Positions 1 to 13,448 of a stretch of 64,000 nucleotides of DNA are shown piece by piece. The notes beneath the pieces were generated by a model. It saw only the letters and a program-made list of their open reading frames with translations. It was not told the DNA's origin and made no database searches. How positions within the stretch are numbered: position 1 is the first letter of the stretch; the number at the start of each line of letters is the position of its first letter. Location: assembly GCA_020137815.1 (NCBI GenBank), contig CM035361.1, positions 2,356,001 to 2,420,000 on the forward strand. The letters are read 5' to 3'. Source of the stretch: Hormiphora californensis (taxonomy: Eukaryota; Animalia; Ctenophora). The position numbers and the translations under genes were made by a program.

Positions 1-2924
1 CAACACTTTCACTGCTCTCTCACGTTACATCCCAAAACTGTAGCAACCATTAACATGGGAATCCTTGAAATTTCTTTTGGATGAATCGTCGGGGTTATGG
101 GACGATCACCGCAGCTTGGAGCTAACGAGGAAATAAGAAATGATTAACACACTCATAGGCAAAATACCTCCACACGCCTGAGACATACAAGACATGCCAC
201 ATCGTGGAAAAGTTTTCTACGACTCTCTTGATTGGGATGTGGTGGGTAATGCGACACGTCCAACTGCTTAGGAAATCCCTCCCCACCCCCCCCCCCCCCC
301 CCCCCCACCGGCATCAACATTTGCTTCATCACCTTTCACTGTTCATCATATCATAAACGTGGGAGTGAGTCTTCGCAACAGTAACCAGGTTTTCAAAGCA
401 GTTCACCCACCCGGACACTTTACTCGAAGCAAAAGTTGTCTTGAAATCAGCGGTTCCGATTGCTGCCCGGAGATGTATGGCACCAGCAATCTAATATGTT
501 CTCCGGTCTCACCAAATAGCTCCTGTGCCATAACTCTTCACTAAATGCCAGTTTTTCTTGATATATATGGTTATTACACCAGAACAATCAAGCTCTCTTG
601 GGTGCAGCTACGACCAATCTCCCCTCTTTTTCAGAACTCTGTTAACTGTATAAGAATTGATCGCGGAAGTAATGTATGAGAGATATTTAAGATTGTCAAT
701 GTGTTAACTATGAGTTCTATAAACTATGTTTTTCCAATATGAAATTTGATTCATCAATTACCCAGCCCCACACCGCCCTACCCACATCACACCTTTCACC
801 CACCATCCATGGAACCCCAAACTATCAAATATCCCAACCCCACAGAACAACAACAACAAAAAAAAAAACAAACCCCCCCAAACATTCTCGCCTAACCAGA
901 ACTCCAATTCCCTATGACATTTAGAGCTTAGGCCTTAGATAATGAGGGAAAAGAGAACATTCACAAAATACTGGATATAAGCACTCAAGACCACAATCTA
1001 CACGATGGTACCATAACATACACGAGGAAAAACTGAATTCTCGAACAGGGATTGTTGGGGGTAGTGGGATGGCCATGAAACGTGTTCTGGGATGCTTTGC
1101 CTAGCCCGCACCAAGGGCTGAGGATCGTTGGAAGGTTGTTTTAGAATGCTTAAAACTGATCAGAAACTAAAATTTTCCGGGGGCTTTGCCCCTTACCCAC
1201 ACCAGGGGCTGAACATCATTGAGAAGGTTTTCTAAAATGGCTGAAAATTGCCCCCAATGCACCAAGGGCTGAAGGTCGATAAAATATGGTCCGAAAGTGC
1301 TTTAATTCGTCAAAATTTCTGGGAAGCCATTTGTCGCACTATGTGGTCATGTCCGATAGGCTCGCGAGATCTAGTGATTTTGATAGAAAACGCGCAGTAG
1401 AGGCTCAATTTTGACCAAGATCTAACCTCGTTGCGCGTTTTTACGTGTAAAACCAGCGCTGACAAGCGCTTTTTTAGCATAAATGTTGCATTTGATACAT
1501 GACCGCATCGCGACCGGTTGCGATGGAAAGGTTGCATAGTAATCTCTAGCCCCCTAGCTTTCTTTTGATACCAAAATTTAGGTTGCGCTTTGAACAGAAG
1601 CCAGTTTTTGGGCTATAGGACGAACTTTGATGCCGTGCTGTCCAAAACCTGCCGCACTTTCAGTCAAGTTATGGGTAGCAAAATGATCTTTAGACGATTA
1701 CCTACAACTGCTACACAATTTCCAGGGTGTTTGACAGCACACGCAAGCGTGCACGCTCCCTGAAAGCGCCTAACAAAATCGCGCAAAACCCCTCAAAACG
1801 GAGGATTCCTATCGGACAAATGCGCGTTTTGACCACATAGTGTGTCGGCGCTCCCGAAACACCCAGATTTTAACGCAGGCCCATATTATCCATATTGCAA
1901 TTGGCATACTCTGGCCCAGGAGTCGACACTCCGGGCTCCCGAAGTTTTTCAATTTTTTTTTCTAAATTCACTAACCCCAACACCGAAGTTTTTCAATGTC
2001 CAAAAAAAAAAAAAAAATGAAAACTTCTATATTCCTATTCCGGCAGATTGGCGCGGCGGCAATTCAGCACTGCAGCGCTTAGATAGATTTCTCGCCGCCG
2101 CGCGTCTCCCAAAATAAACCACCATCATCAAGAAATTCTTTACTTGCAAAAACCAATGCTATACATCCATGAAGGTCGTAAGTTTGTCAGTCCGTGTTGG
2201 TTGTTGTTAGGTAACACATCCATTTAAAAAGCCCTGTTATCAAAATTATTACTCAAAAATTCGGGGGGGGGGGGGGGGCATAATGGGGCCTTCCTCTTGC
2301 GCTTGCCAGCGCAGTGTTCCCAAAAGCTATCGTGTACAAGTTATTGAAAATGTTAATTATATAGCATCTGGGTTTGAAAAGTAAAGGCTTTTTGTCTGAC
2401 CATCTATTGTGTACACATTTTAAATGATATTATGTAGCATTGAGTTTTGAAATGGATGTTGGCGTTGATTGAGAGATTTGATTATATTTTTATTTACCAC
2501 TTTAGCTAGTAAAGGCGCCAAAAAGGGGGAAAAAAAAAAAAATAGAGTTTAAAGATAACAGGGTACAGACGGGGTTTCGACAAAACTTTTGAGCAGGTCC
2601 AACCAACAGGCTTTCTTGTCCCTAAGATCTGTTACTTGACACTCCGTATCTTAATTTTCAATAATGTACCTAAATTACAGCCAGTACCTAATGTTAAATG
2701 GCATTCCTCCACGTTTGAAGGGCCCAGTTATAACTGGAAAGATGCGTGTGACGAGTTTCGGGGTCAGACATTGTGATAGTACCACTGGTAATGAAAGTTA
2801 TCCGCACAAATGCCAGCATCTGCAAACTGAGCTGTCTGGCGGCGCCAGACAGCTCTGACAGATCCTGACAGTGCGCTCAGATGGGGTCACGGCGCCAGAC
2901 AGAAACTGAATGTTTTGTTTTTTT

Positions 2925-3556
2925 GGCGCCAATAATTGGCGCTAATAAATTGGCGCCAAAAAGTGGCGCTAACAACTAGCGCTCAAGGGTTACTTAATCG
3001 AAATTTTAAAGTTGGCGCTAATGATTGGCGCCAATTTTCCATCCTATGACCCTAAATATTCAATAATTTGGCGCCAACAGTTGGCGCCAACTTTCGCCAG
3101 AGTTGGCGCCAAAACTTAGGGTCAAGGATGGGTGGCGCCAATTTCAGAATTGGCGCCAATTTTTTAAGGTTCACCCAAGTGAACCGCCAAAAGCCGGCGC
3201 CAAAAAGAGCTTTGGCGCCAAAAAAACCGGCGCCAAATCGCGTTTTGGCGCCGGTATTTTTTATTGGCGATAATATTTGGCGCCAATAATGGTTTTTGGC
3301 GCCAAAAAATCGAAAATTGGCGCCAAAAATTTGTCACTTAGGGTCATGACCCTTTTACCCGCCATATGGCGTGTTTGGCGCCAAAATTTTGCCATGTGGC
3401 GATTGACTACCGCCATGGCGGGACTACCCAACTTGGCGCCATTTTGGAGCCAAATTGGCGGTTGTGCGCAGTCGCCAAATTTTGGCGCCATTTGGCGCTA
3501 AAATATCGCCACATGGCGCCACGTGGCGCCAATTTGGCGCCAAATGGCGCCAAAAA
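2925..3556. repeat. Array of TTGGCGCCAA/GGCGCC palindromic motifs (degenerate minisatellite or TE-internal array)
   Basis: Dozens of (TT)GGCGCC(AA) copies at about 10-25 bp spacing; the overlapping ORFs on both strands are low-complexity (APK/WRQ) translations of this repeat. Confidence 0.85.
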
Positions 3557-3886
3557 GTGCGCACGACCTTAACTACCATACTACCTGATCATGTCCATAA
3601 CAGTCCGTCATACACATTTTTATATGGAATTTTGTGCTCGTATTTTCTGTCAGAATCTGTATAACACGCACGTGAATTTGAGCCGCGGCGCGGCGCATCT
3701 GCACATGCGGGTTTTCAAGAGAGAACGAGAGACAAACGTACAACGTTAATGTGCGTCTCTCTCTTTAATCTCGCACGTGAATTTGAGCCGCGGCGCGGCG
3801 CATCTGCACGTGCGGTTCTTCCAGATAGAAATTCCAAATATAAATCCCAGATAGAAATTCCAAATAAAAATGTGTATGACGCCGTG

Positions 3887-4556
3887 TAAGTGGGCAAGAT
3901 TTTGATCAAGTCACGCAGACTGTTCAAGCTTGATCATCTGATCAAGCTTGGACAGTAAAAACTGAAACTTATTCATATCAAAGCAAAAACCACTGTACCC
4001 GACTAATTTTGATACTCTGAATCACGTAAGCTAGTTTTCAAATCCTTCGGAGGTCGGGAAAGTGTCCTAATTGGGCATAATTGGGTCTAATTGACCCCAC
4101 TTACAACTTGTCATCTGGAAATGACGTGAGGGCACTTTTCCGACTTTTCCACGCCCCCAGAGGTCGGGAAAGTGTCCTAATTGAGTATAATTGGATCTAA
4201 TTGACCTTAATTGCTCAATTAGGGCATTTCCCGACCTCTGGGGGCTTGGAAAAGTTGCTTATATGATTCAGCGTATCAAAATTAGTCGGAAAAGTGCCCT
4301 CACGTCATTTCCAGGTGACAAGTTGTAAGTCGGGTCAATTAGACCCAATTATGCCCAATTAGGACACTTTCCCGACCTCCGAAGGATTTGAAAACTAGCT
4401 TACGTGATTCAGAGAATTAAAATTAGTCGGGTACAGTGGTTTTTGCTTTGATATGAATAAGTTTCAGTTTTTACTGTCCAAGCTTGATCAGATGATCAAG
4501 CTTGAACACTGTTCAATGAACAGTCTGCGTGACTTGATCAAAATCTTGCCCACTTA
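3887..4556. mobile_element. Foldback/MITE with long inverted repeats
   Basis: TAAGTGGGCAAGATTTTGATCAAGTCACGCAGACTG at 3887 has its reverse complement ending at 4556; the arms pair over about 250 bp; no ORF. Confidence 0.85.
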
Positions 4557-4764
4557 TGGACATGATCACGCATGAACAGTCTGTGCGCGCCCAAAGTTCA
4601 TTTTTGACCTAAAAATGTTCATTTTGGACATGTTCTTCAATTTTGAGAGCTTTTTCATGAACGGGATCGTGTTCCGCAGGCCAAAATTAGTCGATTACAA
4701 CCGAAATTTGCTTTCCACCAAGAAAAAACTAAAAAAATTAAAATTTGTCCCCACGATTCTGCAA

Positions 4765-4960
4765 GTTGGTATGGCAACAACAGGCGGGCTCGGGCGTGAG
4801 TTCTCCCGCTTCGTAAAGCATCTTGCAGAAAAGAAATCAGACAAGAGTGGCAACAGATACGAAGAGTGTGTGAGATATATTCGCCTAAGATTGTCCTTCT
4901 CGATGGTGAGGAGTGTCACTCTTTCACTTCGAGGGTTCAGAGGAAGACTGAGAGAGGACA
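4765..4960 (+). pseudogene. 3' fragment of a CRE-type non-LTR retrotransposon (restriction-like endonuclease C-terminus)
   Basis: Peptide ATTGGLGREFSRFVKHLAEK...YEECVRYIRLRLSFSMVRSVTLSLRGFR matches the GGxG...RxRLSFxxxRS...LRGxR C-terminus of CRE-clade elements; no RT upstream. Confidence 0.7.
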
Positions 4961-5821
4961 CTACTGAAGACTTATATCTGATGTAATTGATTGTTGTAGT
5001 GCCTTATAGCACAGAGTTCCTTTGGCGCCAGAGAGCGCATGCATCATGTACATCCGAGTACTCTCGGAACCAAGGTTTTAATACGGGAGCGCTCTCCCCC
5101 CCAAAAAAAAAAGAAAAAAAGTTGGTAAAATTAGCAAGACAGAAAATTTTTTATTTTTGTTCATAAAGTGGATATCTGAAGGCTCAAACTGAAAGTAACA
5201 GTGCAGTTGTATAAGTTGTCACGAGACGATTGATATGTGTGTTTTGTTCGAAATAACGCCCTAAAACAGACTTTTTGAAATGAATATGCCCATATATGGG
5301 CATAGCTCGTGCCAACGTAATTGCAATTGGGCCATGGTAGAGCCAAAACTTTGTGATAAAATGTTTTAGAATGATCGTAGGAGCTCATTTAACCCGATAC
5401 CAAGTGAAATTTTGAATTAAATTAGGAATTGGAAAAATAGCACACCCTCTGGTACATACAATATTTTGTTGATCTATTTTGTTGATATTCTTTCATTTTT
5501 TTCTTCGTTTTTCTGTTTTCTTCGGGTCGGAGGTGCCTGTCGGCACCTAAATAATATAATCATCATCCTATACAATTATTACTGGATGCTCTTAAGTCAA
5601 TAAATTACTTGTGCCCGAGAGAACATAGTAAAACCATTCCGCCCGATCACCCTGCCGTAGAATTATTCGCTTGGCATCGAACTTCAAATAGTGTGCTTTC
5701 CTACACATCCTCTCCTGGAAAATGAATTCATTATTTCAGTAGTTACTTTACCAATTCGTTTATTGTGATTGTGAGGCATGTGACGATTGGTTACCATGGT
5801 AACCACGGCGAGCAATTCTAG

Positions 5822-8800
5822 TTCTGCACGTTAAAAGCACTCAAAGAGAAAATTGAGGTAATAGAGCTCTCAAATCTGTTTTGTTACTTATCAGCAGATC
5901 TCGTACTATTTGATCCCTTTGTGATTCCCTTTGTGAGCTATATATATATAGATTTGACAGTAAGTGTCAATGCTAAACATGCGGCTATTTCTTGTAATCA
6001 CGGTTTTAAGCTGTTCCATTATTCTGCTAACAGGTAACTTCTCGAGCTTAAATATTAATTTTTTAAATTAATTGTACTCTATCAGAATTGCTTATTCGCG
6101 AGCTCAACATATTAATATGTTGGTAACACGGTCGCTTGTAGTGGGAAAACGGTAATAGAAAACGAAGATACAGTAAGACGACGCGCAACCGTGACCAATC
6201 AGGGCGCTAGTACGTGCTGACACATGAACTTTTTGCCGCGCGTTATGCACCGTGCGCGTCTCCTTACTGTATTTTGCGTTACCGTATTTTGACTGCAAGC
6301 AGCACTGTAACATAGACATCTGTGCGGGGGTCGCGCCAGGTGTCTATGTTACCAAATTAATATGTACATAAACTTTCGAAAAAAATCGTTTTACATAATA
6401 TTTTTCTAAAAACTCCCAAACGTTTTAGAGGCAGGAAAAAAGAAAAAAAATAAAGAGGAAAATGAGGAAGAAAATGAGAATGGTTTGTCTAAAAGTGAGG
6501 AGAAAAAGTGTAAGAAGGAGGAGAAAAAGTTAAAGAAGTGCGTTCAAAAGAAAGTTTATCTTCTAGATGAATCGCAGTATGGATTCAGGGTAAGTATAGT
6601 TCAAACTAACAAACAAATTATGTTACCTTCGTTAAGTAGTAATATGCTAGTACTACGCACAGATTTATCATGAGTTGTGTCTATGCAGGATGAAATAATC
6701 ACGGAACTGCACGACTCAAAGGCTTACAAGAAAATGATACAATCTGAGCTGGACGAAGATGCAATAATCCAGGAGTACTTGGATAGTGAACAATACCAAT
6801 GTAATTATTACTAGAAATTCCCACTACCCCTTGCCCAGGAGCACGTGCAGTATCAACCAACCCGCCCGTAACAACAATCTTCAATTTGCACGTGCACAAA
6901 CGGTTGCTATAGCGACATTTCCAAATTATAATAGAGACTAGAAATTAGAAAGCCCGTTGAAGTAGAGCACCCGTTGACCCACAAATCCCCACACTCTCCC
7001 TCACCCAGGAGCACCCCCTCAGTCCTCACCCGCTGCACCAACCCGCACGTGCAACCTTCAATCATCCGCTGCGTAGGGGCTATTGCACCTCCTTGGCAAC
7101 CCCCCTCTATTTGCACGTGTGGATAGGACATCGCACTCATCACGCCACTCATTACTACTTTATAATATAGACTAGAAAGCCCGTTAAAGTAGAGCACCCG
7201 TTGACCCGCGAATCCCTACACTCTCCCTCACGCCACTCATTTCTACTTTGTAATTAAGGATTAGTTATATCTAAACTAATTTATAAGGGAGAGTGATTAG
7301 TTCATTAATTGCTCATCGTGATATTAATAATATAATATAATATAATAATATATATCATTTCAATATAGTGGACGTGCAGATAGCTGCGGCAGAGTACCTT
7401 GAAAGTAAAGAGGCACAAGACATGATTGAGGAGGCAGTGACCACGAAAACACAGCAACTACTTGTAATTAGTAATTACTTGTAATTAGTAAATATGTACT
7501 TGTAATTAAATTAGTAACTACTTGTTATTAAATTAGTGACTACTTGTAATAAGTATGTAACAACTTGTAATTAGAATGTAACTACTTCTAATTAGTAACT
7601 ACTTGTAATTAGTAACTAGTTGTAATTAGAAACTACTTATAATTTGTAACAACTTGTAATTAGTACTACTTATGATAAGTAACTACTTATGATAAGTAAC
7701 TACTTGTAATTACAGTCGGACCCCGATTTAACGGCCCCCGATTTAGCGGCACCCCGATTTAACGGCAGGATAAATTTCCCCCAAAATTTTTTGAAATTTT
7801 TTTTGAAATTTTTTTTGAATTTTATTTTTGAAATTTTTTTGAAAAACCACGTCCAAATCGTGTTTGGAACCGGTGCATCTTATTGCATGTCTTAACGGTA
7901 ATTAGACGGTTCGAAACGAACAGATATGTGATCCCCATGAGGCCCATCAAATCGCAATTTTGACGCTTGTTAAACTGGCCTCACGGGGATCACGTTTAAT
8001 TAGCGACATGACGTGCGATAAGATGCACTGATTCGAAACATGATTCGGACGTGGTTGATATACCTTTGAAAAATTTTCATAACTTTTTTTGCAAAAGTTT
8101 ACAGAATGATTGTCAATGCTTTGATCGGTGCTCCCCATGAATTTTCAGAAAAAAATATATTTTGAAATTCAAATTCTTCCTCACCCCGCTTAAAGTGCCC
8201 CGATTCGGCATGGTATCACGTATCGGTTCGTCTAATTAGCAGCAAGACATGCGATAAGATGCACTGATTCGATAAACGATTCGGACGTGGTTGATATAGA
8301 AACCTTACAAAATTTTTATAACTTATTTTGAAATTATCTTGAAATTACTTTCTTTTTCTAATCAGAAATGATCATGTAATCAATACATGGACATTGCATT
8401 TAACACTTAGAGGTGTTTTAGTATAGCATTTTGGACAAAAATAGGGTTTTATGGGCCAAATATGCTCTACCCCGATTTAACGGACACCCCGATTTAACGG
8501 ACAAAACCCTTTCCCCCGAGCATCCCGGTAAATCGGGGTCCGACTGTACTTGTAATAAGTATGTAACAACTTGTAATTAGAATGTAACTACTTGTAATTA
8601 GTATATGATTAGATGACTGGTTAAAATGGTCTATTACTTTTTAGTGCACGAGGCCGAAGGCCGAGTGCTCTAAATACAACAATAATGAACCGAGACCGAC
8701 AGGTCGAGGTAGATCCTTTTACTTAGCTGCCGAGCCTGCGAGGCACGCTAAGTGTAACTACTGAGCGAGCCTGCGAGCTCTGTAGTTGTACTTTTGGGCC

Positions 8801-8958
8801 GAGCCTGCGAGGCCTAAAAGTGAAAGAATCTTTAACATTATTGTTGTGTAATAGAGCATGTAAAATCAGTCATCTAATTTTATTAGATGATTTTGGAAAC
8901 AAACTGAGTGAAAGAGATAAAGATTGAGTGAGAGAGAGAGAGAAAGAGAATGTGTGAG

Positions 8959-9020
<62 letters not shown>

Positions 9021-9314
9021 TGTGCAGTAGTCACTACTGCACAGTGCACACGCCCTAACCCTTATCTTTTCTTCCCCTCTGCAACTATAGGTCACGTGAT
9101 CGTCACGTGATGGCACCACACCAATGAGCGTCCTGCATCTGCTTTCCCTCTCTGCCTTCGATTTTCTTTGCATATCTCTTCGAGGAAAACACAACACACT
9201 CTTGGCGGGGAGGGAAGGGCCAGGAGAGGATAGGGGAGAGAGGGAGGGGATTAGCTTAGAAGAGAGAGAGAGGAGGAGGCTTCTTTGCGAGAGGTCTTGG
9301 ATATAGGATAGATA

Positions 9315-9394
<80 letters not shown>

Positions 9395-12300
9395 TAATCT
9401 TTATCCCGTTCACTCAGTTTGTAATGTTTGTAATGTTCACACTGTGTGCGTGTGACTAGAAAGTGTTTAATTTTTCACATACCACTGCAGCGGTATTTTA
9501 CTTTATAATTACTAGTGTTTTTGCAGTGGTCTAAAATTTCACAGTACACTTTAACCACCGGAAACGGTGTACTGTGAAAACTTAGATAACCGGTTAAAAT
9601 TGTCTAATAACTAATTATAATTATGTAGTAACTACAGTCGGACCCCGATTTAGGGACAGCCTCGGGGGAAAGGGTCTTGTCCACTAAATCGGGGTGTCCA
9701 CTAAATCGGGGTGAGCCATATTTGACCCATAAAAACCTATTTTATGCCCAACATGCTATATTATTAAGACTAAAGACACCTCTAACTGTTATATATGCAA
9801 TATTCATATATTGATGACATGATCATTTCTGATTAGAAATAGGAAAATATAAAATAATTTTTTTTCAAAAAAAATGTGGAAAAATTTTCTAAGTTATACC
9901 AGCCCGTCCGATTTGTGTTTCGAATCAGTGCAGCTTACTGGATGTCCTGTCTAATTAGCGGGTTCAAAACGAACCGATACGTGATACCATGCCGAATCGG
10001 GGCACCCTAACCGGGTTAGGAAGTATGAAAATTTCAAAATAACTTTTTCTCTCAAAATTTATGGGGAGCACCGATCAAAGCATTGACAATCGTACTGTAA
10101 AATTTTGCAAAAAAGTTGTAAAATTTTTTAAACGTATACCAGCCACGTCCGAATCATGTTTTGAATCGGTACATCTTATCACATGTCCTGCTGCTAATTA
10201 GACGGTTCGGAACGAATCGAAAAGTGATCCCCATCGAATCGAAATTTTGACGCTTGGTGAACTTGTGATTGAATGGCCGCATGGGGATCACGTATCGGTT
10301 CGTTCCGAAACTTCTAATTAGCAGCAGGACATGCGATAAGATTCACTGATTCGAAACACGATTCGGACGTGGCTGGTATCTTTTTGAAAATTTTTCAAAA
10401 AAATTTCACAAAAAATTTCACAAAAAAAATTCAAAAAATTTTTGGGGGAAAAAAATCCTGTCCCTAAATCGGGGTGTCCCTAAATCGGGGGTCCCTAAAT
10501 CGGGGTCCGACTGTACTTGTAATAAAATCGAACAATAACTATCAGGGATAGGGCGTTCATTTAAATTATTCTCAGGAAGAATTGGAGGAGAACCACTACA
10601 TGGAGATGAAGCTTCTGAATGATACATATAATGATACATTGGCCTTCCTGCAGTTAAAGATTGGACGTCATCTCGAGATGAATATGCTTGGAGAAAGTGT
10701 GTACGATACTGTTACTCTAGAGGTTTGTCATTGATTTCATGCCTTGCTCCACCCTATTAAAATATAATGAGTAAAAAAAGTGAACACAACAAACCGGTCT
10801 TCGATATTAAACGGCGTTTACTAAACGGCACACGAGTATTAGTCACAGAGTACAAGCCTACAAAGTGCTTTCTTTCTTATTCGTTTGAAGAAAACGAGTG
10901 TTAATCAGACCTGTAGGGTCGTCGTCGGGTTAATCTCTTTCCCCATTTAATCCCTAAAAACACTTTTATTTACGGCATTGTTTTTTCTTTGTTACAGGAC
11001 GCGTGGAGTGATATAGAGGCGTACTATGTGCCACAACCACAATACTATTCAACTAGTTACCCAGACCTCTTTCAAACGGTGACGTGAGTATTTTACAGTT
11101 TTAGTTTACACATGGTAGATGTGAACATTAAGCTCATTAAATATAGTAGTTGAGCAATAATGCATTTCATATTATAATTTTAAGATATTATATCTTCACA
11201 GATACTATTTTCAGGGCTCCGTTTACCACAAGTGAAGATTTCGATCCACTACAGGATCATCTTGGCTATAATGAACAAATTAATTATAGAAATTTCGATA
11301 AGGGGTAAGTTTATGTTAAAAAAAAGGCAAGCTGTCCGTCGTCCGACCCGAAGTTAAAGGATTATAGGTACATATTATGAACTGCCCAAAATATCTACAA
11401 TGCGATTTGATAGCAAAAAGGGGCAATTTAAGGTGAAATGCTTGGTTGCTATCTTGATCTACCTATACTGCATGTTTATTAGCTGCCAACAAATTCGCGT
11501 CATTAGATTAGATCAGGTCACCCTGCACACATGATAAAATCCCTCCACCGAGAATCAGACCCCACATAGCCCACCCAGCCGGCCAAGCTCTGTGTATGAT
11601 GTGATCTCCCGTGTAATGGAGAATGAGTGGGAACCATAAAGAGAGAATTACAGTGCTGCTTGCAGTCAGAATACGGTAATACAAAATACAGTAATCTGCG
11701 CGGAATTTGCGTAACGCGCAAGGGCTTTTGTCAACAATCTGTTAAAAGTACTTTTTGTCAGCACGTACTAACGCGCCGATTGGCCACGGTTGCGCGCCTT
11801 CATACAGTGTCTCCGTTTTCCATTACCGTATTCTGACTGCAAGCAGCCGTGTTAGACTTTTCACAAAACTTAGGGGATGAATGTAGTTAAATGGTCCTAA
11901 TGGTACTCGACCGTTCATGCACTAAGTTTTGTGAGAAAACACGGCACGCTACCCTTAGGCAAATCATACTATTATTAAAGCAAATAGGGAAATGATGGGT
12001 GATGGTTTTTTTACCAAATATGGCAAATAGTGTTCCTATTTCCTGGAAATTCCTGGAAATGGCCTTTTGCAAGTGTTGTCCCTAGAGGGACCCTGACAAC
12101 CTGCCAGCTTGAGCCTTAAACTGCACGTGCATCCTTGATTCATCTCTCTGCCGGTTGTGTGATTGATCGTTTGCTCGATTTGATCTGTTCACCACGTTTC
12201 GTGAACATGACTACTCAACTTCAACACAATCGCCAGCGAGTTTGGAGGAGCCATATGTCGCAAACTGGCGCTGACCCCTATAGACTACGTGATAGAACCC

Positions 12301-12997
12301 TACAAGAGGTGATTATTATTCAAAAAATGTTGTCAATACACGTAATAACAAAGTATCAATGGCACTAAAGTCCAATTTTTTATTTAAGCGACAGGCCGCC
12401 GCACATCAAAATGCAGCGCTTGAAATCGATTTCCGGTTCCTGATAAGCTAGCGACTATTTCTTGGTGCCATTAGAAAGATACAATTTTTATCTTTCCAAC
12501 GCAACCAGGATCAAGTCTTTATCTTATCAGGAACCGGAGATATGACCAATTAACCAATTGAGTGCACGGCGGCCTGTCGCTTAAATAAAAAATTTGACTA
12601 TAATAAGAAATGACAGTCATACGTGAAAGTATTTTGCAAATGTGCTCCTTCATAAAATACTTCAGGACTTGGCAAAAGAGGACCCGTGGTTTTTCTGTCG
12701 AAAGAATCCCTTTGGTTAATTTACTGATTTAAAAAATTTCAAATGATACTACACTATTTGCTTAGTTTACTGTATGACCATCCCCGACATTCGCCCGTAG
12801 GGCGAGCGGGCTTACTAGTAATAATAAATATAATAGATATATTCAATAAATAACATTGTATATATAATTTATATAATATAATTTCTAGACAGAACGGAAA
12901 GAATGGAAGAATGATGTCTACAACTCAACCTCCCGTGGGTCAAATGGGGTATATGCATCCCTTTGCATTCAACCAGGAAGGAAGGTATGGCCTATAA
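5822..12997 (+). CDS. Multi-exon gene, acidic coiled-coil protein of unknown function (start codon not resolved)
   Basis: Phase-compatible GT-AG exons at about 5822-5857, 6429-6588, 6689-6800, 7369-7463, 10576-10721, 10998-11083, 11215-11304 and 12889-12997 give a continuous frame (...DEIITELHDSKAYKK...EELEENHYMEMKLL...QPPVGQMGYMHPFAFNQEGRYGL*). No family recognised. Confidence 0.7.
6120..6356. mobile_element. Small MITE family (TTGGTRACA...TGTYACCAA ends); related copies at about 11645-11855 and 38161-38243
   Basis: Terminal inverted TTGGTAACA/TGTTACCAA; internal sequence recurs inverted at 11645-11850; the terminal GCCAGGTGTCTATGT motif recurs at 38161-38243. Confidence 0.65.
7456..7710 (+). 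repeat. Minisatellite (AACTACTTGTAATTAGT)n starting at an exon/intron junction
   Basis: Unit of about 16-20 bp repeated more than 10 times; resumes at 8549-8602 after a MITE insertion. Confidence 0.9.
7713..8546. mobile_element. Tc1/mariner-pogo-type MITE (TIR CAGTCGGACCCCGATTTA, TA TSD)
   Basis: TA|CAGTCGGACCCCGATTTA ... TAAATCGGGGTCCGACTG|TA; subterminal CCCCGATTTA repeats. Confidence 0.92.
8608..8878. mobile_element. Small TIR element with internal mini-hairpin array
   Basis: ATTAGATGACTG...CAGTCATCTAAT ends; internal GGCCGAAGGCC and GCCTGCGAGGC hairpins. Confidence 0.6.
8930..9390. repeat. (GA)n/(CT)n microsatellites; similar tracts at about 14850, 22105-22200, 34710-34810, 41195-41350, 43195-43280, 44860-45440, 46635-46728, 49950-50160, 52950-53000
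   Basis: Direct dinucleotide runs; they generate the spurious ERER/LSLS ORFs. Confidence 0.98.
9635..10513. mobile_element. Second copy of the CAGTCGGACCCCGATTTA MITE (opposite orientation)
   Basis: Same TIRs and TA TSD (9633-34/10514-15); internal sequence is the inverted counterpart of 7713-8546. Confidence 0.92.
12367..12600. mobile_element. MITE (AAAGTC-type ends); related copy at about 20726-20949
   Basis: TTTTTTATTTAAGCGACAGGCCGCCG is inverted at the other end; shares CTTATCAGGAACCGGAGATATG with the 20726-20949 copy. Confidence 0.75.
12791..12818 (+). mobile_element. Helitron-like 3' terminus
   Basis: Hairpin TCGCCC-GTA-GGGCGA followed 9 nt later by CTAG|T, the canonical Helitron 3' end; 5' TC end not identified. 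Confidence 0.55.
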
Positions 12998-13022
12998 AAA
13001 TTAAGATAGAAATGAAGAGAAA

Positions 13023-13441
13023 GAGGTGATTCTAAAAGGACGTCCAGGGGTATAAGGGGAGGGGAGGGGGGTTGAGGTAGCCGATTTCAGACATCTCTGG
13101 ACAAGGGGGAGGGGGGTTGACGAAATTCGGACTGTCCCAAGTTTTGAAGAAAATTTTTACTGATGAAAGATTCTTGGCCGCATTTCACGAATTTCTCAAG
13201 ATTATGTACAATGTAATCTGACCCATAAATGTTTCATTAAGACAAAAAAATATGAGTACCTATTCAATGATTACACAAAGTTGTGAATCAAAAAATATAT
13301 GTGGACGAACCTCGGACAGGGGGAGGGTGGGGGTCTGGCATATTCGGACAGGCATGGATTGGACAGTGTATTGGACAGTGAGAGGGAGGGGGGTAAATAA
13401 TGACCAAAAATCACGTCCGGACGTCCTTTTTGAATGGCCCC
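13023..13441. mobile_element. PIF/Harbinger-like MITE, degenerate left end
   Basis: Right end GGACGTCCTTTTGAATGGCCCC|TAA; left end GAGGTGATTCTAAAAGGACGTCC. Confidence 0.55.
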
Positions 13442-13448
13442 TAATATA

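Noticed and set aside
30-545. Possible minus-strand exons at the window start
   Set aside because: Coding-like composition but every frame is interrupted and no family is recognisable.
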